Part shown: piece by piece, positions 53,678-63,150 of the stretch
Layout: each line of letters starts with the position of its first letter
Numbering within the stretch: position 1 is the first letter of the stretch
NCBI GenBank assembly: GCA_964349485.1
Contig: CAYGGE010000005.1
Coordinates: 3,483-67,482 of the forward strand
Length of the DNA stretch: 64,000 nt
Reading direction: 5' to 3'
Origin: an uncultured Candidatus Saccharibacteria bacterium
GTDB taxonomy: Bacteria; Patescibacteriota; UBA1384; CAYGGE01
The notes under the pieces: model-generated
What the model was told of the DNA's origin: nothing
The model's input: only the letters and a program-made list of their open reading frames with translations
Databases searched by the model: none
Program-made: the position numbers and the translations under genes

Positions 53678-54787
53678 CTATAGTACCGACAAAGGATCGA
53701 TCCAACCTGTGAGGTCAGTATCCGATTTAAGATAGCCAGCGAGATTCAATTTTTGACCTCTCAATAGTCCAAAATGGAGATGTTTACGCTCATTGTCGGT
53801 TTCACTGGTGAAACCATCACCCAAGATCGCAATTTGCTCGCCTTTACTCACGGTAAAGCCTTTTAGTTTGAGCGATGTCGGATCGAGATGACCATAAATA
53901 CCAATAAATGGTTCTGTACTGATTTTATGTTGTATTGCTATGACTCCGCCATACCCAGTGGCAGTTCCAGAAAAGATCACCTGTCCATCGGTAATCGCTT
54001 TGACCGCTACCTCTGCTACGGTATCGGTGAACTCAACATCGACACCAGTGTGATAACCGGAAAAGCGCTCGGGCTGAATTGGTGAGGTCTTCATTGTGAT
54101 GTATGTTCCAAATTTCTTTTTAGTAATCCGGTCGGTGAACTCGTGGGTTGGTGGTACGAGTGACTGTTTATTATCCAGGACAAGACTATTTAGAAACGCC
54201 TGATAAATCGATTCTGGTAGGTCTGGTCGTTTAGCAATGACATAAAAGAGCGATGGGTTAGTAGCCTCAATTCGAATATCGGTTACGATATGACGTTGAC
54301 TACGCCATGAAGGTTGGTTAGGAAAATTAGCAACGCCTGCTTTCTTCTCGATATCGTAGCGCACCGCTTGACGACCGACAATCGTTTGATCGGCTTTATT
54401 ATGAATATTGACTGTCGATAAGGTCAGAAAATCTTTTCCAGAGAACTTGCGGATGAAAATCTGTGATTTTTCAAGCTCATTCGTACCCTCTGCACTTGCC
54501 TCATAGAGGTTGATAGCCTCAATACTGTTAACCGATACTGCCTGCCAAGAGCTAGGCACAGAGGCAGAAAAACTGTAGTCCTGACTAACGCCGTCGATCG
54601 TACTACTGACGAGCGTTTTGATCGCCTGCTGAGTTGACGCCGTGAATTGTTGTTCGCTCACGGCTATCATGGTTTCTGGGGAAAGAGAGTCCACTGGCTT
54701 GGGCCATATTGTTCGAAATACAAAATAGCCTGCAATTAAGACAATGATGCTGATCACTATTAGTACAATAACGCGTGATCGATTCAT
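53678..54787 (-). CDS. M23-family (LytM/lysostaphin-like) peptidoglycan endopeptidase, membrane-anchored
   Basis: Intact motifs HTGVDV (HxxxD), GIYGHL and KHLHFGL (HxH). The ATG at 54787 gives an N-terminal signal anchor; the ORF track extends to the TTG at 54874. Confidence 0.8.
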   Translation of the reverse strand: MNRSRVIVLIVISIIVLIAGYFVFRTIWPKPVDSLSPETMIAVSEQQFTASTQQAIKTLVSSTIDGVSQDYSFSASVPSSWQAVSVNSIEAINLYEASAEGTNELEKSQIFIRKFSGKDFLTLSTVNIHNKADQTIVGRQAVRYDIEKKAGVANFPNQPSWRSQRHIVTDIRIEATNPSLFYVIAKRPDLPESIYQAFLNSLVLDNKQSLVPPTHEFTDRITKKKFGTYITMKTSPIQPERFSGYHTGVDVEFTDTVAEVAVKAITDGQVIFSGTATGYGGVIAIQHKISTEPFIGIYGHLDPTSLKLKGFTVSKGEQIAILGDGFTSETDNERKHLHFGLLRGQKLNLAGYLKSDTDLTGWIDPLSVL

Positions 54788-54873
54788 ATGATTACTATAC
54801 GTCAAATTATCCCAGCGAGATAGTGTCCCATTTGATGAAAACACGTTATAGTGTAAGTAAATAGGAGTCTGCA

Positions 54874-55755
54874 ATGAAGAGAGCGGGGATAAGTGTCGTA
54901 CACGTTATACTTATTGTAATTTTAGTTTTGATAGTTGGTGGCGCCGTGTACACATCTTTTACAAAGAACTACAAACAGGTCCGCTCTAAGATTAGTAAGC
55001 AGGCCTCTACGTATACTCTGTTAGGGCAAAACAATAATACGGAAAAGCACAATGACGACGAACTCAGCAATACGACATGGGAATATGATGGGACTAGTTG
55101 GCGATCTGGCGGTCAAAAAGCTGCCTGCAAGTCACCATTCATGTTTACCCAAGCTCCTGCCGATCTTACTCTAGCCACACACGTGCACTATCCTGGTCAA
55201 TATCGGGGTAAGGGTGGACTGTATAAGCCTCACGGTGGTTACCGGTTTGAAGGAGTGAAGAATAATGAGGTGACGGTTGTTGCGCCGTACGATGCGTTTA
55301 TCGTTCGAGGGAGTCGTTACGTTGAGCAAGGTGAAATTCAATATATGTTTGACTTTCAACTGCCTTGTGGCATGATGTACCGTTTTGATCACCTCTACAC
55401 CCTTACTCCAATACTTGAATCGATCGCTAGTCAATTCCCAGAGGCAAAGGTCGATGATTCACGAACGACAAATCTGACATCTCCGGTGGCAGTTAAGGCG
55501 GGTACCCCATTAGCAACCAAGATTGGCTTTCTTAAGACAAATAACCCGTCGTTTGATTTTGGTGTATATGATCTAACGAAGAGGAATGCGTCGTCAACAG
55601 ACGCGGCTTGGTTAACGAAGCATCAGACGGAGCTTGAATTAGCTGGCCATGCTATCTGTTGGTTTGATTTATTGCCACCAGAGGACGCAACGAGAACGAA
55701 AAGTCTCCCAGCTGGTGACCAGCTAGGCGGTAAAAATAGTGATTATTGTAAGTAA
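54874..55755 (+). CDS. membrane-anchored protein with degenerate LytM/M23-like domain (paralog 3, shorter, lacks the C-terminal Cys domain)
   Basis: VVAPYD, YRFDHLYT and VKAGTPLATKIGFLKTNNPSFDFGVY align with paralogs 1 and 2. AGGAG RBS. Divergently adjacent to the intact M23 gene. Confidence 0.5.
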   Translation: MKRAGISVVHVILIVILVLIVGGAVYTSFTKNYKQVRSKISKQASTYTLLGQNNNTEKHNDDELSNTTWEYDGTSWRSGGQKAACKSPFMFTQAPADLTLATHVHYPGQYRGKGGLYKPHGGYRFEGVKNNEVTVVAPYDAFIVRGSRYVEQGEIQYMFDFQLPCGMMYRFDHLYTLTPILESIASQFPEAKVDDSRTTNLTSPVAVKAGTPLATKIGFLKTNNPSFDFGVYDLTKRNASSTDAAWLTKHQTELELAGHAICWFDLLPPEDATRTKSLPAGDQLGGKNSDYCK

Positions 55756-55757
55756 CC

Positions 55758-56243
55758 ATGTCTGATACCCTCATACTCATTATCTTTTGCTTGGTTCTCT
55801 TACCCGGACTCGTTGGGGCTGTTTTGCCACTCCTGCCGAGTGTTCCCTACATGTTTATTGTAGCCTTAATCTTTGGATATATTGATAATTTCTTTAGCTT
55901 AAACAGCACTGAGTTATTGACACTAGGTGCATTAGGCTTACTATCGCTACTTGTTGATTATAGCTCCGGGGTTTTGGGGGCAAAATATGGCGGAGCCAAC
56001 ACCAGAAGTCTTGGTTTTGGTTTGCTCGGTCTCTTCATCGGCATAGCTTTATTCCCTCCAATTGGTGGAATAGTTGGACTTTTCGTTGGGATATTTCTGG
56101 CAGAATACTACCGTCATCAGAACCGTAAGCGAGCGATCAAGGCCGCTAGTGGTGGTCTGATTGGTTCGCTTGTCGGGATAGCGATTAATCTAGCTATCGC
56201 AGTTACCTTCTTCGGTCTATTCCTCTATTTCGTGCTACGATGA
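55758..56243 (+). CDS. small multi-pass membrane protein (DUF456-like)
   Basis: Four TM helices that are glycine-rich; starts 3 nt after paralog 3. Confidence 0.4.
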   Translation: MSDTLILIIFCLVLLPGLVGAVLPLLPSVPYMFIVALIFGYIDNFFSLNSTELLTLGALGLLSLLVDYSSGVLGAKYGGANTRSLGFGLLGLFIGIALFPPIGGIVGLFVGIFLAEYYRHQNRKRAIKAASGGLIGSLVGIAINLAIAVTFFGLFLYFVLR

Positions 56244-56299
56244 CACTTTAGGATTGACATACTACCCTGATATAAGGTAAGATCGGTGGTAAGGAAGGG

Positions 56300-56608
56300 A
56301 TGTCGCTTATGCACGATATTTTTCAGCTCATTGAACAGGCTCGCTCGAGTATAACCTGCCCTGCCTGTGGGAGGAATTTTGAGGCGAAAGAGATTCGTTT
56401 TAAGGGTTCCATGGACCATAGTTTCGTCCTCCAGACAAGCTGTGTGAATAATCACTCACTGATCTACACAACCTGGATCACCTCCACCGTTCCAATGATC
56501 TTGCGTGACCATTCGACACCACTAGATAGTGACGATCTAATTACGCTTAACAAAGCGCTGAAACACTTTAAAGGAGATTTTAACGCCCTCTGGGGTAAGA
56601 AAGGTTAG
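56300..56608 (+). CDS. hypothetical protein with CPACG motif
   Basis: 102-aa ORF with no recognisable family. Confidence 0.3.
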   Translation: MSLMHDIFQLIEQARSSITCPACGRNFEAKEIRFKGSMDHSFVLQTSCVNNHSLIYTTWITSTVPMILRDHSTPLDSDDLITLNKALKHFKGDFNALWGKKG

Positions 56609-56610
56609 TA

Positions 56611-57288
56611 ATGGGAACGCAGTTAAACGCCGACGTCCGAACAGTCGTTGGCAAACAAGTCAAAACTCTTCGTCTGGCAGGTACACTGCCGGTTGTTTTG
56701 TACGGTAATACGAAGGAAAATCTTCATCTGTCAGTGAACACTAAGGAGTTTGGGAAAGTTTACGGTGTAGCTGGCTCAAGTACCTTGGTTGATCTAAATA
56801 TTGAAGGAAAACAGCCAGCAAAAGTGCTGATTCGTGATCTTCAATTTGATCCCATGACTGGCGATTACCTCCACGCTGACCTTTTCCAAGTCAAGCTTGA
56901 CGAGAAAATTCAAACTGAGATTCCACTTAGCTTTGTTGGTGTCTCAGCGGCCGTAGACGATGAGGGTGGTAATTTGGTTACGACTAAGGATCACATTAAA
57001 GTTGAGGCCTTCCCTCAAGACCTCGTCGCCGAAATTGAAGTCGACATCACCAGCCTAGCTACATTCGACGATAAATTGACAGTAGCTGACATCAAGGTTC
57101 CACAGACTTTGACCATTCTTGATGACCTCGAAGAGACCTTAGCAATCGTTACTCCACCTAGAAGTGAAGAAGAGCTTGAGGCTGAACTAGCACCGACTAC
57201 CGAGGAAGCTGAAGCGGCTGCCGTTGCGGCAACCGAAGAAGCCTCAACAGAGAAACCGGAGACTGAAGAAGAACCTACAGCCGAGTAA
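56611..57288 (+). CDS. rplY: 50S ribosomal protein L25 / general stress protein Ctc with acidic tail
   Basis: RTVVGKQVKTLRLAGTLPVVLYG N-terminus and two beta-barrel domains. Confidence 0.85.
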   Translation: MGTQLNADVRTVVGKQVKTLRLAGTLPVVLYGNTKENLHLSVNTKEFGKVYGVAGSSTLVDLNIEGKQPAKVLIRDLQFDPMTGDYLHADLFQVKLDEKIQTEIPLSFVGVSAAVDDEGGNLVTTKDHIKVEAFPQDLVAEIEVDITSLATFDDKLTVADIKVPQTLTILDDLEETLAIVTPPRSEEELEAELAPTTEEAEAAAVAATEEASTEKPETEEEPTAE

Positions 57289-57302
57289 CCTAGAAAATGC
57301 AC

Positions 57303-57335
57303 AAAAAAACCAGCCTCAAAGGGCTGGTTTTTTTG
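57303..57335. terminator. bidirectional Rho-independent terminator between the convergent rplY and thrS
   Basis: aaaaaaaccagcc-tcaaag-ggctggttttttt. Confidence 0.55.
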
Positions 57336-57347
57336 TTGAAGGTTTAA

Positions 57348-59093
57348 TTATAGGATAAATGATCCATCGTGAATTAGCTGCTCGAGCGTTAAGCTACCCA
57401 GCTCGCCATTGTCACGTGACCGGACTGAGACAAGGCCAGATTGCTCTTCTTTCTCACCGACTACCAAAATGTATGGAATCTTCTGCTTTGTGGCATTACG
57501 AATTTTCTTACCAACTGACTCATTGGCGTCGTCTATTTCGGTTCGGATGCCGTATCCGAGTAACGGCTTTACGACATATTCGCTGGCATAGTTGATATAT
57601 TTATCAGAAATAGGGATGACCATAACCTGGACTGGAGATAACCATGCAGGAAAGGCCCCTGCATGGTGCTCAATGAGTATCGACAAGAAGCGGTCGATCG
57701 AGCCCATTATTGCTGCGTGGATCATGGTCACTCGCTCCTTCTCACCCTTCTCATTGGTACAATACAGGTCAAATCGCTTTGGCATGTTGAAATCAAGCTG
57801 GATCGTGGCGACTTGCCAACTACGACCGAGTGCGTCTTTGGCGATAAAGTCGATCTTTGGACCATAAAAAGCTGCTTCGCCAATCCCATCGATATATACT
57901 TTATCGTGAATCTTGATTATCTCACGTAAGGCATCCTCTGCTTCATCCCAGTCCTTATTGTCTCCTAGATATTTTTCACTATTATTTGGATCACGACGCG
58001 ATAATCGGATCGTCAGCTCAGAGAACCCGACAGTAGCATAAAATCGCTCTACGATATCCCAGATGGAGTTTACTTCGTTCCTAATCTGACTTGATCGGCA
58101 AAAGACGTGGGCATCATCTTGAGTAAATGACCGGACGCGAGATAAACCAGCTAACTCACCAGTCTGCTCATCTCGGTAACACATTGTTGTATTAGCATAG
58201 CGAACCGGTAGTTCGCGATAACTGTGAGCTTTGCGGGCGTAAATCTGGGTGTGGTGAGGGCAATTCATTGGCTTCATGGCAAACTCATGGCCCTCTCGGG
58301 TCTTGATTCGGAATAATTCGTCGGCAAATTTATCCCAGTGACCACTCTTTTCGTATAGTTCTTTTTTTGTAATGTGAGGTATTTCAACCTTGACATAGCC
58401 TTTGGCCTTACGCATTGACCACACTTGCTCATCTAGCAGATTACGTAAGATTGTTCCTTTGGGTGTCCATAATGGTAAACCAGCCCCAACAAGTTCAGAA
58501 AAAGCAAAAAGGTCGAGTTCCTTACCAAGTCTTTTGTGGTCGCGTGCCTCAGCTTCTTCCTGTTGCCTGAGATATGTGTCGAGCTGTTCTTTAGATTCAA
58601 ACAACAGACCATAAACTCGTTGAAGCATTGGTCGGTTCTCGTCACCTCGCCAATACGCCCCAGCGATCTTGGTGAGTTTTAAGCCATCTGGGTTTATTTC
58701 TGTTGTGCTGGTAACGTGACCACCCTTACAGAGATCAACAAACTCACCTGTTTTGTAGGTACTCACAATCGATTCACCTTCGCTAGATAGTTGTTCGATG
58801 AGCTCTTGTTTATAGGGTTGATTACTAAATAACGTTTTGGCCTCGGTTATCGACAGCTCAGCGCGTTTAAAACCGAGACCTTGCTTGATAAACAGTTTCA
58901 TCTGCTTCTCAAGGGCAGGCAAGTTATCGATCGACAATGGATTCTCTAGTTCGAAGTCATAGTAGAAACCGTTTTCGATCGATGGACCGATTGCTAATTT
59001 AGCGTTGGGCATTTTAGCCAATACTGCCATTGCTAACAGATGTGCGGCAGAGTGACGCTGCTTCTCTATCGGCGATAGATCTTTGCTCGACAT
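57348..59093 (-). CDS. thrS: threonyl-tRNA synthetase (short form)
   Basis: N-terminal editing-domain HxxxH (HSAAHLLAMAV), class II motifs, and a C-terminal anticodon-binding domain. Confidence 0.9.
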   Translation of the reverse strand: MSSKDLSPIEKQRHSAAHLLAMAVLAKMPNAKLAIGPSIENGFYYDFELENPLSIDNLPALEKQMKLFIKQGLGFKRAELSITEAKTLFSNQPYKQELIEQLSSEGESIVSTYKTGEFVDLCKGGHVTSTTEINPDGLKLTKIAGAYWRGDENRPMLQRVYGLLFESKEQLDTYLRQQEEAEARDHKRLGKELDLFAFSELVGAGLPLWTPKGTILRNLLDEQVWSMRKAKGYVKVEIPHITKKELYEKSGHWDKFADELFRIKTREGHEFAMKPMNCPHHTQIYARKAHSYRELPVRYANTTMCYRDEQTGELAGLSRVRSFTQDDAHVFCRSSQIRNEVNSIWDIVERFYATVGFSELTIRLSRRDPNNSEKYLGDNKDWDEAEDALREIIKIHDKVYIDGIGEAAFYGPKIDFIAKDALGRSWQVATIQLDFNMPKRFDLYCTNEKGEKERVTMIHAAIMGSIDRFLSILIEHHAGAFPAWLSPVQVMVIPISDKYINYASEYVVKPLLGYGIRTEIDDANESVGKKIRNATKQKIPYILVVGEKEEQSGLVSVRSRDNGELGSLTLEQLIHDGSFIL

Positions 59094-59177
59094 TAAAACC
59101 TCTTTCGTTTATTTTGTGAGAAGAAAAATGACAATAGATTAATCGTAACATCGATCTGAAATAGGTCAACTTTTCAT

Positions 59178-60701
59178 CTAACTGCTATTACGATAGAGTA
59201 CTGCCTCGGTCAGGTGTTTGACCTGAATCGTTCTTGAGGCATCGAGATCGGCGATGGTTTGAGAGACCTTAATCAAACGGAAGAATGATCGTGCCGATAA
59301 CTTGTATTTACCGAGTATCCGTTTCAAGACTTCTTGCGTGCCTTGTCCAAATTGGCAAAATTGCTTAATCTGTTGATTCCGCATTTCCGCGTTGGCGAAA
59401 ATATGCTCGTCGTTAAATCGTTCATATTGTCTGGCTCTGGCGGCCTCGACTCGTTCGCGGATCTTAGCTGAACACTCAGCGTCTGATCGTCCGGTAAGCT
59501 CTCCTGGGGTAACCTTTGGGACTGAGAGGTGGAGATCTATTCGATCTAGAAGTGGGCCAGATAGTTTTTTTTGATAACGCTGAACCTGGGTCACGGTACA
59601 TATGCATGGCTTGTCGGGATCGTTTAGGTAACCGCATGGACAGGGATTGCAAGCAGCGACAAACATGAAGTCGGCTGGAAATTTGAGGTTACCGGCTGCA
59701 CGGGAGATAGTGACGGATCGATCCTCTAGTGGTTGCCGGAGCACTTCAAGGACCGATTTGGGAAATTCTGGTAGCTCGTCGAGAAAAAGAATCCCTCGAT
59801 GTGCAAGCGAAATCTCACCCGGCCTGGGCTGACTACCGCCACCGATAACAGCTACAGCACTCGCCGTGTGGTGGGGCGATCGAAATGGTCGTTTTGTTAC
59901 TAGGGAGCCCTGCTCATTTAGTAGTCCAGCAATTGAATAGAGCTTGGTCACCTCGAGGGCTTCCTTGACGGTTAATTTCGGCAATATGGTTGGCAACGTC
60001 TTGGCTAGCATGGTCTTACCGGCTCCTGGAGGTCCAGTCATGAGGACATTGTGTCCGCCAGCTGCTGCGATCTCTAGACAGCGTTTTGCTTGGCTCTGAC
60101 CCTTAATAAAGGCAAAATCAACTACCATGTCCTCTACCTCGGTTATCAATGAAGAAAGGATCGTTGGTGGAGCCGGGGTTAGAAAGTGCTCACCTCGTAG
60201 ATGACTGACTAATTCAGTTAATGAATCTACAGGATAAACCGAGACCTCATCCGAAACGGCAAGAGCTGCTTCCTTGATATTGGCCGAGGGAACATATAAT
60301 TCAGTTCGACCGTGCTTGTGTGCGTCAAGGGCGATGGCCAGCATGCCACTGACTGGACGGATTCTACCGTCGAGTGATAGTTCACCACAAAATAGTCTGA
60401 TTGGCGCCTGAGGTGGAATGAGTTCACAGGCCGCCAAGATGCCGACAGCGATCGGTAGATCGTAGAGGACACCATCTTTCTTTAGATTTGCTGGCGCAAG
60501 ATTAATCGTGATCCGATGAGTCGGAAAACTATATTTACTGTTACGGATCGCACTACGCACTCGCTCTCTTGCCTCTTTTATCGCGGTATCGGGCAGACCA
60601 ACGACTGTAAATGAAGGCAATCCGACACCAATATCAACCTCGACATCGACAGGGTAGCTGTCCAGGCCGATTAGGCTGGCAGTAGAGATGGTGGCAAGCA
60701 T
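59178..60701 (-). CDS. comM: Mg-chelatase-like AAA+ protein YifB/ComM
   Basis: MLATISTASLIGLDSYPVDVEVDIG N-terminus and Walker A GPPGAGKT. Cysteines between Walker B and the C-terminus are typical of ComM. Confidence 0.85.
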   Translation of the reverse strand: MLATISTASLIGLDSYPVDVEVDIGVGLPSFTVVGLPDTAIKEARERVRSAIRNSKYSFPTHRITINLAPANLKKDGVLYDLPIAVGILAACELIPPQAPIRLFCGELSLDGRIRPVSGMLAIALDAHKHGRTELYVPSANIKEAALAVSDEVSVYPVDSLTELVSHLRGEHFLTPAPPTILSSLITEVEDMVVDFAFIKGQSQAKRCLEIAAAGGHNVLMTGPPGAGKTMLAKTLPTILPKLTVKEALEVTKLYSIAGLLNEQGSLVTKRPFRSPHHTASAVAVIGGGSQPRPGEISLAHRGILFLDELPEFPKSVLEVLRQPLEDRSVTISRAAGNLKFPADFMFVAACNPCPCGYLNDPDKPCICTVTQVQRYQKKLSGPLLDRIDLHLSVPKVTPGELTGRSDAECSAKIRERVEAARARQYERFNDEHIFANAEMRNQQIKQFCQFGQGTQEVLKRILGKYKLSARSFFRLIKVSQTIADLDASRTIQVKHLTEAVLYRNSS

Positions 60702-60707
60702 GTGAAG

Positions 60708-60959
60708 CTAGCGGATATTGAGCAGATCGTAAAGTAGATTACCCAATAGACCAGTCCAATGATAGTACTCGTTAAGTGAAGCTGCCGCCGCTAGAACTAA
60801 GACGATCAGGAGACTTGTCATCATGGAAAGTCGTAATTCCTTAGCAACCTCTCCCGATGTACTTGGTCTCTGTACATGAGCATTTAGTGAAGGTTGATTG
60901 TCGATTACATTCGACCTAGATGGGTTTGCGCGATTTTTATGACGGTGTCGACGAGCCAT
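60708..60959 (-). CDS. small basic membrane protein, hypothetical
   Basis: 83 aa with a basic N-terminus and a single TM. Confidence 0.3.
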   Translation of the reverse strand: MARRHRHKNRANPSRSNVIDNQPSLNAHVQRPSTSGEVAKELRLSMMTSLLIVLVLAAAASLNEYYHWTGLLGNLLYDLLNIR

Positions 60960-61127
60960 ATAACTCCTTTATCACATGATTGTAACATGTTAGATATTAA
61001 ATAATTCTTAACTTTTTTGTATAACCTATGTAGAAACCATAACAGGTTAGATGTGCTTTACATCAGTTGTACCATTTGGTATAGTGTTGGAGCAAGTTTG
61101 GTGTTAGTTTTTTACCATAATAATCAA

Positions 61128-61202
<75 letters not shown>

Positions 61203-61300
61203 TAAACAAATGAATAATTTACACTTAATATCGAATAGTTACCTGGCTAGTATCGCCTGATTAAATTATTAATTATTCATAATAAATTATTAATTTGTTG

Positions 61301-61375
<75 letters not shown>

Positions 61376-61392
61376 TAATGGATAGGAGAACG

Positions 61393-61611
61393 ATGCATTT
61401 AATAATTACAATTGTCACCATAGTATGTTCGGCAATCCTAACTCTACTGATACTGCTCCAACAACGAAGTGCTGGTGTTGGGCAGGCTTTCGGTGGGAGT
61501 AGTGCTGTCTACCGTTCAAGACGAGGTATCGAGCGAGTTCTATTTAACCTGACAATAGTCCTTACTGTTATATATATAGCTCTCGCTCTTGCCAATATCC
61601 TCGTTCCATAA
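61393..61611 (+). CDS. secG: preprotein translocase subunit SecG
   Basis: LLILLQQRSAGVGQAFGGSS motif. The ATG at 61393 follows an AGGAGA RBS; the longer ORF-track version would overlap tRNA-Cys. Confidence 0.75.
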   Translation: MHLIITIVTIVCSAILTLLILLQQRSAGVGQAFGGSSAVYRSRRGIERVLFNLTIVLTVIYIALALANILVP

Positions 61612-61624
61612 AGGCGAGAAAAAT

Positions 61625-62944
61625 ATGACCACATTCTGGCGTATTGTGTATGGTCTCAAAAATTTACCTAAACTACTGACCAGTTACGAAAAACTAATTA
61701 TTTTCGCTCTCATCGTCGTCGCTCTCGTAACATCCAATCTATGGTATCGCTCTCTTACGGCTCACTGGACGATCCAGGCCGTTAAGGGTGGGACATATAC
61801 CGAAGGTATAGTCAGTAATAGCCCACAAGAGATAGAACAGTTAATCGCCAAACTTACTAGAATTGGATTAGTCTACTTTGATCACCAGAACAAGATTAAA
61901 GGAGCACTTGCTGAACGCTGGGAGGTGACTGAAGATGGTAAAGTCTATACGTTTTACCTACGGGAGAAAGTCGATGCGATAAGGGTTGCTGAAACCTACG
62001 CCACGACTCCTGGCTGGCAGAACATGAACATTGAGGCAGGGGAGAACGACACTCTGGTCATCCGACTCAAACAACCATTCTCACTTCTTTTATCTTTCAC
62101 TAGTGATCCGATTATCCCTGCGGGACCATTTATTATCGAGAACCAATCGAGTACCGAGATCGTTTTTACAGCTAACCCCGATTTTATCTTGGGTGAACCA
62201 CACCTTCAACGGATTGTCCTCACGTTCTTCAAGGACGATCCTGCAGTCAAAGCAGCACTACAGCGGCAGGAAATTATGGGCGCAGACCGATCGGTAGGGA
62301 AAGTCAGTGGGACGTCTAATAAGAAGCTGAAATTAGCTAGACAAGATGTCTTACTACTCAACCTTGAGCGTGACATCTTCAAAGACAAATCAATTCGGGA
62401 GAAGATTATTAAGGGTCAAAAGCTGGACAAATCGATCTCGGTAGTCTTGGCAACTAGTCAAAAGCCGGAACATCTTAAGATCGCTAACGATTTTGCTGTA
62501 CAGGCTAAGAAGCAAAATCTTTCAGTTTCGATAAAGAGTCTAAATGACATCGCTCTGTCGCGCGATGTCTTGATACCCGATAATTATGATCTCCTAGTCA
62601 CTACATACAGTTATGGCTACGACGGCGACCCGTATCCTTTCTGGCACTCTTCACAAATTGTCGATCCAGGTCAGAATTATGCTGGCTACAACAGTAAAGA
62701 AGCCGATGTACTGATTGAGCAATCACGGTTAATTTTAGACGAAGCAAGCCGACAGGAAAAGCTGAAACAATTCTGGTCAATCCTTGAAAATGACGCTATA
62801 GCTATACTCTATCCAAACCAAACATTCAGCTACACAATCTCCGACCGTTTGAAGGGTGAAGGTGGGGGAGTGGGTGCAGTGCCAGCAGACCGGTTTACGG
62901 AGGCTTGGAAATGGTACTTGAAAGCCAAGAAACAACGAGACTAA
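61625..62944 (+). CDS. membrane-anchored solute-binding-protein family 5 (oligopeptide/Ni-binding ABC SBP)-like protein, orphan
   Basis: Layout resembles SBP_bac_5: TYTEGIVSNSPQ, LAERWEVTEDGKVYTFYLR and ANPDF..GEP. No ABC permease or ATPase gene is adjacent. Confidence 0.45.
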   Translation: MTTFWRIVYGLKNLPKLLTSYEKLIIFALIVVALVTSNLWYRSLTAHWTIQAVKGGTYTEGIVSNSPQEIEQLIAKLTRIGLVYFDHQNKIKGALAERWEVTEDGKVYTFYLREKVDAIRVAETYATTPGWQNMNIEAGENDTLVIRLKQPFSLLLSFTSDPIIPAGPFIIENQSSTEIVFTANPDFILGEPHLQRIVLTFFKDDPAVKAALQRQEIMGADRSVGKVSGTSNKKLKLARQDVLLLNLERDIFKDKSIREKIIKGQKLDKSISVVLATSQKPEHLKIANDFAVQAKKQNLSVSIKSLNDIALSRDVLIPDNYDLLVTTYSYGYDGDPYPFWHSSQIVDPGQNYAGYNSKEADVLIEQSRLILDEASRQEKLKQFWSILENDAIAILYPNQTFSYTISDRLKGEGGGVGAVPADRFTEAWKWYLKAKKQRD

Positions 62945-62990
62945 TTCTCTGGTTTTCTAGTTTGAAATGTGTTATTTACTAGATAGTTTT

Positions 62991-63076
62991 GGGGATGTGG
63001 TGGAATGGTAGACACGCTAGCTTCAGGTGCTAGTGTTGGCAACAACGTGGAGGTTCGACTCCTCTCATCCCCACCA
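62991..63076 (+). tRNA. tRNA-Leu (anticodon CAG), class II long variable arm, CCA encoded
   Basis: Acceptor ggggatg/catcccc, anticodon loop ttcaggt and a 15-nt variable arm. Confidence 0.85.
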
Positions 63077-63097
63077 TTACAAATTATTTGCGAAACT

Positions 63098-63127
63098 AAA
63101 AAATAGCCCATTAACCGGCTATTTTTT
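63098..63127. terminator. bidirectional Rho-independent terminator
   Basis: aaaaaatagcc-cattaacc-ggctatttttt. Confidence 0.5.
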
Positions 63128-63150
63128 AGTTGGTTCACCAGACCTGACGG

